From: Sphyrna mokarran
Lineage: Eukaryota
DNA length: 64,000 nucleotides
Assembly: GCA_024679065.1 (NCBI GenBank)
Contig: JAGIQG010000014.1
Span: 6,448,001 to 6,512,000 of the forward strand
Direction: 5' to 3'
Numbering within the stretch: the stretch's first letter is position 1; every line of letters begins with the position of its first letter. Positions 1-12,329 of this stretch are shown piece after piece. Made by a program: the position numbers and the translations under genes. Below the pieces are notes generated by a model. The model was not told the origin of the DNA and made no database searches. It saw only the letters and a program-made list of their open reading frames with translations.

Positions 1-85
1 GGCCTCCAGAAATTTTATACCGCACTTCCTGTCTTTCTCGATGTCGCTGTTTTGATTTGACACCATGCTCAGAACAAATTCAAAA

Positions 86-159
86 CGGCACCGCTGAGAT
101 TTGAACTCAGGATGCCCCGATTACTAGGCAAGCGCTTTGACTAACTAAACAATTTGCAG
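86..159 (-). pseudogene. tRNA-Thr-derived pseudogene, AGT at anticodon position
   Basis: Reverse complement aligns to vertebrate tRNA-Thr (T arm CTGAG-TTCAAAT-CTCAG, 3' CGGTGCC, loop CT-AGT-AA), followed by TTTT; 5' acceptor strand and anticodon stem degraded. Confidence 0.75.
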
Positions 160-432
160 TTGCCGTTGCGCCGGAAAAGCTTCGGACTGCTTTGAGGTTT
201 GCATTTATTAATGACACTTATTGCATTGTGAAAACATTCGTGGAATTATAAAATGGTCAGAGATTGGTTTAACGAATTGCAAAATTATTGAATATGCGAT
301 TTGTCGTAAAATGCGATCCCATCTATTCTCTGTCATTCTTTCCCGTGAAATGTTAAGTAACATCAATCAACCGATTCTGTATTGAAAAAAAACAGAAAAT
401 GATGAAAAATTTTCTCTTTGGCGACCAGTAAC

Positions 433-1263
433 ATAGAACATAGAACACTACAGCGCGGAACATGCTCTTCGGCCCTCGACGTTGCGCCGACCAATTAGGA
501 AAAAGCAATGACCCTCCAACCTAAACCATTCCCTTTTCGTCCATAAACTTATCTACTAACCTCTTAAACGCCACCAAACGTGGCGCATCTACAACTGCAG
601 CAGGCAGGGCATTCCATGCCCCAACCACCCTCTGGGTGAAGAACCTACCTCTGATATTCGTCCTATAACTACCTTCCGTTAATTTAAAGCTATGTCCCCT
701 CCTGCTAGCTTTCTCCATCCTAGGAAAAAGGCTATCACTGTCCACCCTATCTAAACCTCTAATCATCTTATATGTTTCAATAAAGTCTCCTCTTAGCCAC
801 CTTCTTTCTAACGAAAGCAACCTCAAATCCATCAGCCTCTCTTCATAAGACCTGCCTTCTATACCAGGCAACATCCTGGTAAACCTCCTCGGTAACCTCT
901 CCAGTGCGTCCACATCTTTCTTATAATGCGGGGACCAGGACTGCGCACAAGACTCCAAGTGCGGCTGCACTAGAGTTTTGTACAGTTGCAACATGACATT
1001 GCGGCTCCGAAATTCAAACCCCCTACCTATAAAAGCTAAGACTCCATATGCCTTCTTAACAACCTTATCGACTTGATTGTCAGCTTTCAGGGATCTGTGC
1101 ACATATACACCAAGATCCCTCTGTTCTTCAACACTATTAAGAGTCCTACCACTAGCCCTATACTCTACACATTTGTTATTCCTGCCAAAGTGAATTACCT
1201 CACACTTTTCCGCATTAAACTCCATTTGCCACCTCTCGGCCCAGCTCTGCACTTGTCCAATTC
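433..1263 (-). mobile_element. Young 5'-truncated CR1 LINE (RT C-terminus + 3' UTR + (TTCTATG)n tail)
   Basis: ORF 521..1492 contains WQMEFNAEKCEVIHFG, LYKTLVQPHLE, FFTQRVVGAWNALP; absent at the homologous site in other units; TAAC at both junctions (429-432, 1264-1267). Confidence 0.93.
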
Positions 1264-1389
1264 TAACCAATGAACTCCCATGGGGATCAGTGCTGTGTCC
1301 GCAATTGTTTACAATACATGTTAATAAATCGGAGGTAGGAAGCGAATGCACCACATTGAAATCGATAGATAGCTCATATTTAGGACAAA

Positions 1390-2620
1390 ACGCTGATTGG
1401 GAGAATGATAAAAACATTTTATAACTTAGGTATATTAATGGAGTGGGAAAACATTGGGCAAATATTTTATAACGTAGGAAAATATCAACCATATAGCCTC
1501 AAGAAAATGTTTTGACTATCTCAGTGAATTTGATAAACTTATCCAAGAGCATTTCAAAAGTCATCGGTATTATGCCTTAGGAAGACGAACATTTTATTGT
1601 TGAGGGCCTATGCTAAGTTCACCAGTAGTCTGACAGAGTGATTCAGAAACCATTTCACGAATGAAGTAAAAAATGTTTAAAAAAACATTCCATGTTAGTC
1701 AATTCAACGCGAGATGTGAATCGTGTATGACAAATTAACAATACTTTTGAGCTATGTGGCCAACAACGCTGCAGTGGGATGAAATATTTGGCAGCTACAA
1801 TCCCATATTTTTGATTGCCTGGAGGTAATAATGTTTGGAATTTATTGCAAATTTTGTGGTTTACAGTTTGAAAGTTGGTACTGGTCAGAGCCTTGATGAT
1901 GCCATGGAGACAGGAGGAATCTATCCAGATTTAGAGGGGACTGAACTATGAATTGTTCGTCCCATGTTCCAATTTCTTTTTGACTTGAAACTGCAACACT
2001 GTAATAAATCCAGCTCTATATCTTCTATTGAAGGGTTCAAATAATATGTCTATTATCCGTTTTCCATACATCGGTGGAATGCATTGCAATCAGTCCTGGA
2101 ACAAGCAAATTTAAAACTTTTGTCAAGACTTTTGTACATCAGGTGGCCCGGTCGTGCATAGGTCGTTTTGACTTTGAAACTGGACTTTGTTAATATGAAA
2201 TAAGTCTTTTCAAAGAAATCAAATTAAAAAAAGAGAACGTTGAACAAAATTTTTAGCAGAGAAATTTGAAATGTGTGACACTGCTATTTTTAATGTTTTG
2301 TGGAGCCACTTGCTTCAAAAAATTAATGCCACCAGAAAACCATTGCCAAAGATTGCTGCAACTTCACTGAATGTTTCAGATTTGTTCGCATCAGTTAAGG
2401 GTATTGTCATGCGTGTTCAAAATGATTACAATTCAATGGAAGCAGAGGTACACTAACGCTAGCAAAAAAAAAAATCATGACCTTTGGATGACGAAAAGCA
2501 CGCAAGGCACAGGAAGTCAGTTTTTTTGATGAAACTAGAAACAATGGCACTGTTTTAGAACGGAAATAAAAGATCATCATTGAGACTATCAATGTTACTT
2601 GTGACCAAAGAATGATGAAA
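1390..2620 (+). mobile_element. Fossil hAT DNA transposon (ZMYM1-like transposase, disrupted)
   Basis: Fragmentary + frames across copies: YLSEFDKLIQEHF, ILVNSTRDVNRV (cf. FSIxVDSTPDxSH), LFIPCSN (cf. VPCAAHSLNL), HRWN, IRWPARA (cf. TRWSAR), DTAIFNVLWSHLLQKIN, RK..FFDE; many stops and frameshifts. Confidence 0.7.
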
Positions 2621-3029
2621 TTGCAGAATAGAATGAAATCCTGAACAAAACTGTAGACTTACCTTTGTGCATTTCGACAGATGTTGGGATGAGCATATCA
2701 AAGGCTACTGAAGTGAGACCGCAGTATAGAATATTCTTCTTGGCATCTCCAGATGAAGTAAGTGTCGATTTCAATTAGCAATTGCAGGCATGATTTTTGG
2801 AAGTAAAAAAAAAAGAACACGAAAGCAGTTCACCGGCAATGAACTGGCATACTATTGTGAACTATGCTTTTTTGTCCTCAGGACGATGGAGGGCGGGGCA
2901 TGGTGTCATTGGATTGATGGACATGATGTAATTGAGGTGGGGTTGGAGGTTGATGTCAAGGTGAAAAGTCCTTTTTGTTCAGTTATGGGATGGGGTCACT
3001 TCTGGTAGAATTCATAATTCACTATTAAT

Positions 3030-3200
3030 CCCAAATCGTCCTTACGAGAGCAGTTAGAGTCAAATAGATTGCTGTATACCTGGACTGACGTGCAGACGAC
3101 AGTAAGTAAGGATGGCATGTTTCCTTCCCCATTGGCATAAGTGAAACCGACAAGTATTTATGAAAATTCATTCATGATGATCACAGGATTTTTTAAAATG
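3030..3200 (-). mobile_element. Degenerate shark-type interspersed repeat (SINE/LINE-tail-like), present in all four units
   Basis: GCAGTTAGAGTCAA...GGATGGCATGTTTCCTTCCC...TTCATG resembles a common shark repeat; similar piece at ~50150-50260. Family not assignable by eye. Confidence 0.4.
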
Positions 3201-4512
3201 ATGATTGGTATTTCTGCACTCTGATGACAATTCACACCCAGAACTCCACAATATACGTTTTATGTCAGAATTTTACAACTGGGTTTCAATGCTTCAAAGC
3301 CAACTACCTTTGCTGCCTCAACAAACGTTACAGAATCAAGACACAGGACAAATTCTCAGTCACACAGGTACTCGGAAGATGCAGTCTGGTCAAGATTTTC
3401 TCAATGTTATGAGGAAAAGTGTTCTGATGAGTTGATGCAATCGCCAGAATGCCAGACAACTGATTTCATCTCAAATCTTCGGTGCCGAACTGAAGAATAG
3501 CGTACATTTCAGTGGCGCACAAAAGAAATGTTTCAAAACAACATTGCAAGTTATCATCCAAGACAACAAACATTTTCTCAAATTAAGTACTGGCCAAGTG
3601 ATCAGGGGAAACTTCTGCAAATACAATTTCAATGTATGAAATATCGTGCCCACTCGGCAAGGAACTATTTTCATCGCTTATTGATTGACTGAAATCTCAA
3701 AAAGGAAAAATATATCAATGCGCTCTGAAATTTTCTTTGCAGCTCGGTTGCATTGAGGTCAATCGCCAGCAGTAGCTTGCTGCCACTCGTTCAGAGTGAT
3801 GCAACGTGTCCATTAAGCTGTGTCAAGCTCTGGCTCTCAAATTCTTACTGGTGCGTCAGAGGGACGGTAAAGAATGAACAAAACCTAATCTATATTTCAC
3901 GGTTAGGCAAGAGACACTCTGAAATAGTATCACTTCAAGTTATGATTCATTTGCTCATACATATTGAAGTTCAATTAGCATTGATAATGATAGATTAACA
4001 CTAATGGAAAATTTGTAGTTTATTTCCAACAATTCAGGAAATTGGAAAGTAAGGTAATTGTTACAAATAATAACGGCTATTCATCACTAATTTTCACAAT
4101 GCCCATCAATGAAAAGTTATGGACACAGGAGCGAAATATACGTGAGCTGCACGTTAGATGCATCGTTTAAATACGTGCATGATGAAGCTGACAGAATCAA
4201 ATATTGTGTCCATGGTGATGGTCTATTCTGACTCCCGCGAGCCAGCGCAGAACACATGCGCTCCGGGATTCTTGCCTGATCACGGATGTCAATTGACGGA
4301 GCTTCATGGACTAACAGATTGTCGATTGGCCAACCGGATTACCTCTAGAGGAAAGGGATATTTTGATTTAATTTGCTGAAAGTGACGCAATTAGTGCGTA
4401 GCCTGATTTTTTTCGCCTCAGGGAATGTATTACAGTACAAAAGGCGACAGTCTAGCAATCTTTCGCACAACGGTGCATCGAGCAAAACGTTTGCATTCTT
4501 CTCGAAATCACA

Positions 4513-4582
4513 ATGGCCCGCCCATTAATTCTACAGGTCAATGAAGTTTTCTATCCCGTGCTGGCAGCTTTTGGTACGCCCG
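4513..4582 (+). CDS. GPR139/GPR142-like GPCR copy 1, coding exon 1 (MARPLILQVNEVFYPVLAAFGTP)
   Basis: ATG at 4513, supplies first half of TM1, ends CCCG|GTACGT phase 1; joins exon 2 in frame (G+CG = Ala; GTPANL); conserved in four copies. Confidence 0.88.
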
Positions 4583-4649
4583 GTACGTCAATTCACCGTG
4601 TTGTCTCACAGTTGCGGAGTACCGGGAATGGAGAGATATAGAAAACTGA

Positions 4650-5012
4650 TTTAAGATAGGCATCATGAGCCTTGGGTGTTCTCTGGGAAATGTGTAAATT
4701 GTCGATGATATTGATGTATTTGTTTTATCCTACAGGGACGTCGGTCCGCTTTGTATAACAAGGGGCATACACGCGATGGGACGTGAGAAGGCTGCTCTTT
4801 GATTTTTCAAGAGTAGCCTTTTGCTTCACCTGTTAGGTCCGCTGACCTGGGCCAGTGGATGGGTTAACACGACAGCTCAGTGACTATGATGTGATGGTGC
4901 GCGGTACATGGATGCGGGGCCTGTGCCTGTGGGAGTTTGCGCATTCTCCTCGTGCTGCGTTGGGTTTCTCCGGTGCACTGGTTTCCTCCCACATCCCAAA
5001 GATATGCTCTAA
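4650..5012 (+). mobile_element. CR1 3' end with embedded HE1-type V-SINE, 3' part removed by deletion (intron of copy 1)
   Basis: V-domain GGAGTTTGCGCATTCTCC...TTTCCTCCCACATCCCAAAGA; upstream part similar to 58300-58440. Confidence 0.8.
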
Positions 5013-5428
5013 GGTGATGTTAAATGTAATTAAATCGATATAGATGCAAGGAAGCTGATCCCAGATCACCCGGTTTATACAAGTCTCCGAAATCATAACT
5101 GATGCCATTTAAGGCTTGGGTTCTTTAGTTGTCGATGGTGCTGAGGAGATCTTTCCAATTAACATTCTGTAGACTGAATCTCGCGACCCTCCCCTCAACA
5201 TGTAGAAAAGAATATACTTCAGTTACTTCAACTGGGAGAACATCGCAGGTGCCTAAATATTGAGTTTATGGTGATCTATTTCAATAAATATATCACCTCT
5301 GCTATCTTGTACAATGGACTGAGTCCATGTCTATAACTGAGCAAAAGTGCATCTATTCATTTCACTGAAGTATACTGAGTGTAACCAAACTGTTTCCATG
5401 ATTTGGTTCTTCTCCATTGTTTTTACAG

Positions 5429-6360
5429 CGAATCTCGTGACCATCGTGATCCTCGCCAAAGGAAATTGCGGCCTTTCCAGATGTGTCTCTATCTACATGA
5501 TGGCCATGGCAATAGCAGATTTGTTAGTGATGCTTATCAATGTAATTTTGTACAACGTTTTGAGAAAACGTTTTCCAAATTCATTCCTCTCCTACACTGT
5601 TGTTTGCAAATTAATGATATATATGCTTTGTAATAACCTGTATATGTCAGTATGGTTTACAGTCTCATTCACGTTTGACCGATATATTGCTATATGTAGT
5701 CAGAAGTTTAAAACAATCTATTGCACCGCGAGAACAGCGGCTGCAGTTTTAACAACATCCTCAGTCCTTATCTATTTGCAGAACTTGTACGTTTGGTTTG
5801 CATTTAAACATAAAAGCATTATTAATGGTGTTCAATGGGGTGTCATCCCTAGGCAGGATTTTTATACTTCTCAAATTGGTGATGCAGTTGTCTTGTTACA
5901 AAGTATTTTATTGAACTTGATTCCCTTCAGTTTGATATTGTTATTTAATTTTTTGACAGTCAGAAGGATTTTGTTGTCCAGCAAAGCGCGTGCCGGCTTG
6001 AGGGGTCATAACAGTGAGAATCAGAATGATCCAGAGATACAGAAACGAAAGAAGTCCATTATTTTATTGTTCACTATTTCTAGTAGCTTTATATTGTTGT
6101 GGGCGACAAGAGCCATTAGTTATCTAGCCAGTCGGATGCTTGTTTATGTCCGGTCGGATTACACATCTGCAGCGTATATCGCCACCGAAACCGGAACGCT
6201 GCTCATTCATTTAAGTTCATGCACGAACACGTGCATTTATGCAGCTACACAAGATAAATTCAGGGAAGAGCTAAAGAACATGGTGAAATTCCCTTGGACC
6301 ATAATTCTGATGTTGCAAAAACATGTGAAATTAAACCTCGTCTTCCTGTTCAGGCAGTAG
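5429..6360 (+). CDS. GPR139/GPR142-like GPCR copy 1, exon 2 (full protein 333 aa)
   Basis: Pyrimidine tract + TTTTACAG acceptor; MAIADLLV (TM2), FTFDRYIAIC (DRY), RKKSIILLF (TM6), SSCTNTCIY (TM7), KFREEL (helix 8); intact to TAG. Confidence 0.93.
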
Positions 6361-6644
6361 TGAAGTACATGCTTGAATGTCGGCCTTCCTGCAACAAAAA
6401 TATAACGTGTTTCTTTAAATAAGGGACTCTAGAAGGGCTGGGCCATTCTTTGTTGTATCTTCTCATGCCTACTGCTATTCATCAGTAAGTTTTGGTGTTT
6501 CCTTCTGTAGCGGCTTACTCCAATCAGTGTGCAATCAGTGAAAATACGAATTATATCATTCAACAGTGGAGTAAAACGAGTTCGCATCAGTCCTAACTAC
6601 CGTACACTGTACGCAAAGTCTTCCACCGCATGTTCTACGTACAT

Positions 6645-8550
6645 CGCAGGTACTGCCTTGCAGCGCATCTATTGCCTTACATTGTAGGTGCTATCTTAAA
6701 CTATAGGAACTGCGTTGCACCATAGCTACTGTCTGCACCGCAGGTACTGACTACACTACAGGTGCAACATTACTCAGCAGGTATTGCTCACACCACAGGG
6801 GTTTTCTTATACTTTCTCCGAAGACTCACTGTAGATGCAGCCTCAAACCCGATGAACCACCTTCCAGCACAGGTGATGTATTGCACGGCAGGAATCGTCC
6901 TGCACTGCAGGAATCGTCCTGCACTGCAGGAAATACCTTGAAATCACACTACTGCCTTATGCGGCGACTTCTGCCTGATCCCGCAGCACTACCTTACACG
7001 TCACTGCCTTACATCGCAGGCAATGCATACACCACATTTTCTCCCTTAAACCGCAGTGACTGCCTTATACCACATACTGCCTTACGACACAGGTACCACA
7101 TTACACCGCAGGCATTACCTTGAACCGCGGACGCTGCATTGCACCACTGATGCGGCCTTGAATCAAAGATGCTGTTTCACACTTGAACTACTTCTTTACA
7201 CAACAGGTACACCGCAGGCAACTGCTTACTCAGTTCATTATATTAAAAGCACAGTCTTGCACCACGCGTTCCGGCTTACGCACAGGCGATCCACCGCAGC
7301 ACAGCTACTGCCATTCCTCTCATGTTCTTCCTTATAGAACAGATATGTCCTACACCGATCGTTCTGCCTTACACCGTAGACACTGCCTTTCACCAAAGTT
7401 TCTGGTTACAGCACAATTGCTGTCGAGCTCCGCACCCAATGTCTCAAACCACAGGTTCTCCTTGAAAACACATTCGCTCTCTTCCAGCACAATACTAACT
7501 TGAATCAAAGGTACTACCTTGAACCACTGATACCGCAGTGTACAACAGTTTTGACACGGAGGCTACTTCATTGCAAAAACGATACCGCCTTACGCCAGAA
7601 ATTTTATTGCGCAACAGATACTGCCTTGCACTACAGCTAATGATTTGCACAACAGATATTGCAGGTTCTTATGCCACAGGTTCTGCCTTACACTGCAGGT
7701 ACTCACTGACTCTAAAGGAACTAACTCACACTGCATACGTTGCTTAAAACCGCAGTGTCTATGTAAACCATAGATACTGTCCTGAACTTCAGAAGCTGCA
7801 TTACACAACAGGATTTAAACTGAAGCTACTTTCTGACACCATATGTATCATCTTTCATTGTAGGTGCTGCGTTCTACCTCAAGTTTTTTTTTATTTACAC
7901 TCCACTGCAGCAATGGCATGGCTTTCACCATAAGTATGCCTTCAACGTAGTCGCTGCCTTCATTGTAAGTACTGCCCTCCACCACATGTACTATTTCATA
8001 CCGCAGCTATTTTATACGCTTTCAAAGCGTATATTGTCTTTACTCCAGGAACTGCATTACAGTGCAGTAACGACACCAGTGATACTACCTTACACCGCGG
8101 GGAATGACTTCATCTCAGACACTTCCTTACATAAAGGCACTGCCGTCACCAGCACAGTGTAAAAGGCCTTTCATTGAGGCCTTACTCCACAGCTTTCGCC
8201 TTTCACGACAAGTACTTCCACAGGCTACAGGTACTTTCTTCACTGCAGGAATTGGTTTGCAGCACAGTTGTTGCCTTACACCTTAGTTGCTATCTACACC
8301 AAGCTGATGTTTTAAACCACAGCTGTTGCCTTACATCTTAGATGTTGTGTTACATTGAATCTACTTCCTTACAACATACTGCCGCTTTACATCGTAGGTA
8401 ATGCCCTGCACTGCAAGCACAACATAGCTCCACAGCTACTGCCTTACACCATAGATGCTCCCTTACAAAGCGGTTACTGTCTTATACCGCAGCTGCTACC
8501 TTAAACCACAAGTTTTGTGTTCTGACAGTTATACACTTTGCACCTCAAGG
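6645..8550 (+). repeat. Degenerate 19-bp minisatellite, block A (consensus ~TACTGCCTTACACCACAGG)
   Basis: 19-nt register visible, e.g. from 7076: TACTGCCTTACGACACAGG TACCACATTACACCGCAGG CATTACCTTGAACCGCGGA. Confidence 0.88.
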
Positions 8551-9411
8551 AACGTTTAATAATGCACAAATGACACTATTGTTCTTTAAGAAATGCAATT
8601 TAATCATGTTCTCTGCAGTAAGAAGCTGGCATTGAGCCGCCTCCTAAATGTCATTTAATTGTTCTTAACTTATTAAATTGTTTATTTATTTATTTTCAAT
8701 CTAGCGTAATGCATTCTTATGGAGTTTATGGCAATTTTGGAACTGCTGGGGGCAGATTTTTTGACAGGGCAAGCGGAAGAGTTTTATTTTTTCCTCGCAG
8801 AAATTCTTTCGCTTTCAGCTTCGCTTGCTGGTTTGTTAGAAGTTGTTTGGATTCCAGGCTGGATGCAGTGGTTTGTCCCTACCTGGCATTAAAAATTCTG
8901 CTGGCTCGTGGAAATAGACTCTCGTACTTTTCAGCATGAACATTTTGCTGTTGGTAATTTATTAGCTGGAGGAAAGCAGTGGCACTAAATGCGCAGTGTG
9001 GGAGTCTATGAACGCAGAAGGCAGTGTTTCATTTCTCCATCCAAAGGATCTACATGGTTTGTAGAACTGAAACGGCATTGAGCATTTGCATTTTCTGTAT
9101 TAAATCGAAATTAAGTGCATATGTTAGTAAAGTATGTTATTTTGGTACGGCACATTGTGCTCTGAAGATTGACAAATCATGGTTGTTTCTGTTATTGTTT
9201 GCGATTGGTAAAAGTTACTGCTAATTTTCTTTGTGACTGTTAACTGTACTCTGGAATTAAATTTTCTGATTAAAACTCACTGGTCTGTCGTTTAATTCAT
9301 ATCTGAGGTGAAGCATCTAATGGTTATCCAAACCAAATTCAAAACGCAAAACATAAGATTTTATGACTTCATAAAAGACATGAAATTTCTTACCTGGATT
9401 ATACCCAGGCA

Positions 9412-10215
9412 AGTACTGCCTTACACCGCAGTTGTTGCGTTACAAAGACAGGGGTTGCCCTACGCACATGCACTTGCTTACATCCTAACTTCGGCCTTAC
9501 ACTATTACTGGAGCTTTTCGCCAGCGCAGGAACTGATTGTACCAAAGGTATTGTATTGCATTATACTCACATCCTTACACTGCACGCATTGCTTTACACC
9601 ACAGGTATACCTTCCAAGTCCAAATACTGTCTTCACTGTACGACATTCCTCACAGAGCAGTGAAAATGACACATAGATGGTACTGTCTTACACCGTCGGA
9701 CAATATCTCACGCCATAGATACTGCCTTCACCAGAGGAACTGCCTGCTTTTCAATAGTGTCTTATATTGCAGGTACTGCACTATATCAAATGTTTATATA
9801 ACTGGTGCCGCCTACTACAGATATGTTGCCTTGCGCCGCAGATATATCTTAAACCGCAGGAAGCGTTTCATTTTGGACCACAGATATTGCCTTACATCAC
9901 AAAGTTATACCTTCCACCACAGTTCTGCCTTGCAGATCAGTTATCCTCTGAAACTGCTGGATCAGACTTAAATCACATGTGCCTTAACTGCTTATACCTC
10001 ATACCACAGCTAATGCATTACACCACAAGTGCTACCGGACACTGCGGTTTCCTCTAAAACTGTAGCAATTGTTTCAGACCTGATACTGCTTTATTGTGTG
10101 GATTGACTTACACTACAGTTGCTGTGTAACACAGAGTTAGTGCCTTCCACTACAACTGCCGCTTTCGACCACAGGCAGCATCAGACCACAGATACTTGCA
10201 TACGGCAGATGCCAC
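9412..10215 (+). repeat. Degenerate 19-bp minisatellite, block B (unit 1)
   Basis: Same monomer resumes after a ~860-bp non-repetitive interruption. Confidence 0.85.
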
Positions 10216-12329
10216 CTGATGATTCATGTGACGTAATGTCATTTCCCCAATTCAATGCCAGTTGAAGAGCTTAAAATGAATATAATCTTCCAGTTCTTTG
10301 TCATTTGTCTCCGATCCATCAGTTCATCCATGTAGTCTGCGTTCATCTATCCTGTTGTAGTTCTTCTCGTATGCATCACCTGATTAGAATTCGTCAACAT
10401 GCATGGACCTGATATCAATTCAGAACCTGCTGAATGTCAGTAGGCGCAGTTTACCCAGATGATTAATCGCTTGGTCCGGAAGATTACATTGTTTCTGCAT
10501 TCCTGAACAGCTCATAGTCGGTAATACAGTTTGGCAGCTGCAGCAATGAAAGGGGAAATGCAGGATAGATACCAGTCAAACTTCTTCAACCCCTCTATTG
10601 GGAATAGTTTGCCAGAAAATAAAAGAATGTTTCCTGTTCAGTGTCCTACACAGGCTGACCTTCACTGCTGCTGTGCATGTTAAATTACTGAACTAGACAT
10701 GAAACAGTCAAGATGTAATTTCGGCGTTGTCATAAACAGTTGTCCCAAAACACGCTCCATCATGTGGGCAATATCGCTGTAAGAAATTATTAATATAAGG
10801 AAGAAAGTGAGTACATACGTCAAACTCAACCGGAAGACTCAGGGCTCATATACATGTGATGGCAAATTGAATAAAGGAAGGGAGTATCCATTTGTGCGAC
10901 GGGGGAGCTGTTGGCCTCGGATACAATTTACTGTTCATCTCAAATGGCCCCTGAGAGAATATTTAGCAGTCAATTAGATTCTTCTGTGGTTCGAGAAAGG
11001 AAAAAAAAAAATGACCTGAAATATGTGTGCTTCTTCCATTCGCTTCAACAGAAGCAGATAAAAGTGCAAATAAACAGGCATAAATCCTCAACTATCACTT
11101 TTCCTTCAGGAAGAGAAGTTCGCGCAGTCTCACCACAGTCATTTCAGCAGAGCGCTCCAATCCTGAAAGCGATTAAACGAAGGCACCCAAAGGTTTGAAC
11201 ATGGCGCCCGAACAGTGCACAATGGGACTTTCGTATTGATAAGACGCGGATGTGCGACGCACAACTGTAGTGTAAGTCAATCCACAGAATAAAGCGTGAT
11301 TCTGTACGGAAGTTATGACCCAATAACTTGCTCATTTTTTGTGGTTTCCTGAAATTGAAAGCAGCGCCCATGCACTGAGTAGCACATTGAACCACCAGGT
11401 TTAATGTTTTATGGCCAATTTGATGCAGCATGCCTGCCTTCACTATTTGACTAAAGGCATGAATCTCGGTTTTATTTTCATATTCCGATCTTTGGTAATT
11501 TACACTCTCCAGCGCATTTGCTCTCACACTTCATTTTAGAAGTCGTCTGACTTTCACCTTGCCAGTAGTGTATGACGCGACATTTGCTGTTACCCATTGT
11601 CTGCACTGCTTCTTCAGCGGATTGGAAGATTGCATTAATTTTGGGGAAACAAAGAACCAGAGACGGATTGTTTGTGTCAGAAAGGGTTTTATTTGATGTT
11701 CGATGGGTTTGAGTGTCAATGCAGTAAACTGTGCTCTAAATTGAGTGAATCATAAGAGGTAGAAGTGTAAGTCGGTAGATCAATCCGAGTCTTAATCAAA
11801 TAAATTTCACTATTTATCCCTCCCGAGTCTTCCATATCTCACGCACAGTAACATAAATTGTTGCGTCCTTTATCACAGTTCTTGCGGCAACCATTCAACA
11901 CTTTGACTCTGCATTTGCAAAAACCTGCAACAAAAAGATCATAGTAAGTATGAATCTGGTGCAGCACATAACGGATCAAAACAGTTGAGTAGTGGTAGAC
12001 GACAGGTAAAAGAGATTTCCAAAAAACGTCACGGAACGCAAGCCAAAGGGAATTTTGATGATAGCATTAACGTTCACTTTAGCAGTGCAATGTAAGAAAC
12101 TGTGAATCGGAAGAAAGGTTAGAAATTTATGAAAGCAAAACATAAGAACGAAGGATAGATGTATTTGCGGAGGAGGTGCAACATTGGAACCAAACTGATT
12201 CAAAAAGGGAGGATAACTAACAAATTTGATACTAACGGACTATGGGCCTCCAGAAGTTTTATGCAGCATTTCCTGTCTTTCTCGATGTCGCTGTTTTGAT
12301 TTGACGCCTTGCTTAGAACAAATTCAAAA

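Larger units (their letters stand above)
1..11900 (+). repeat. Segmental duplication unit 1 (left end probably outside window)
   Basis: Position 1 (GGCCTCCAGAA) recurs at ~12245 and ~38612; same ordered content (tRNA-like, hAT fossil, GPCR, 19-bp array) as units 2-4. Confidence 0.9.

Noticed and set aside
1264-1492. N-terminal part of the 323-aa ORF as a novel RT fusion
   Set aside because: Chance read-through across the insertion junction from antisense old CR1/hAT DNA.
5347-5428. ORF-track N-terminus MHLFISLKY... (also 33210, 46213), implying single-exon 337-aa receptors
   Set aside because: Starts at GTG, which is GAG in copy 2; the stretch is the pyrimidine tract and acceptor. A proper ATG exon completing TM1 lies upstream.
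5403-5633. Conserved overlapping 76-aa ORF (also 33266, 46269)
   Set aside because: Non-ATG start in the intron; conservation follows from overlap with the receptor exon.
6645-8550. CRISPR-like array or protein-coding repeats (many Y/C/H/T-rich ORFs)
   Set aside because: Contiguous 19-bp monomers with no spacers, vertebrate context and no cas genes; period is not a multiple of 3 and ORFs break differently in each unit.
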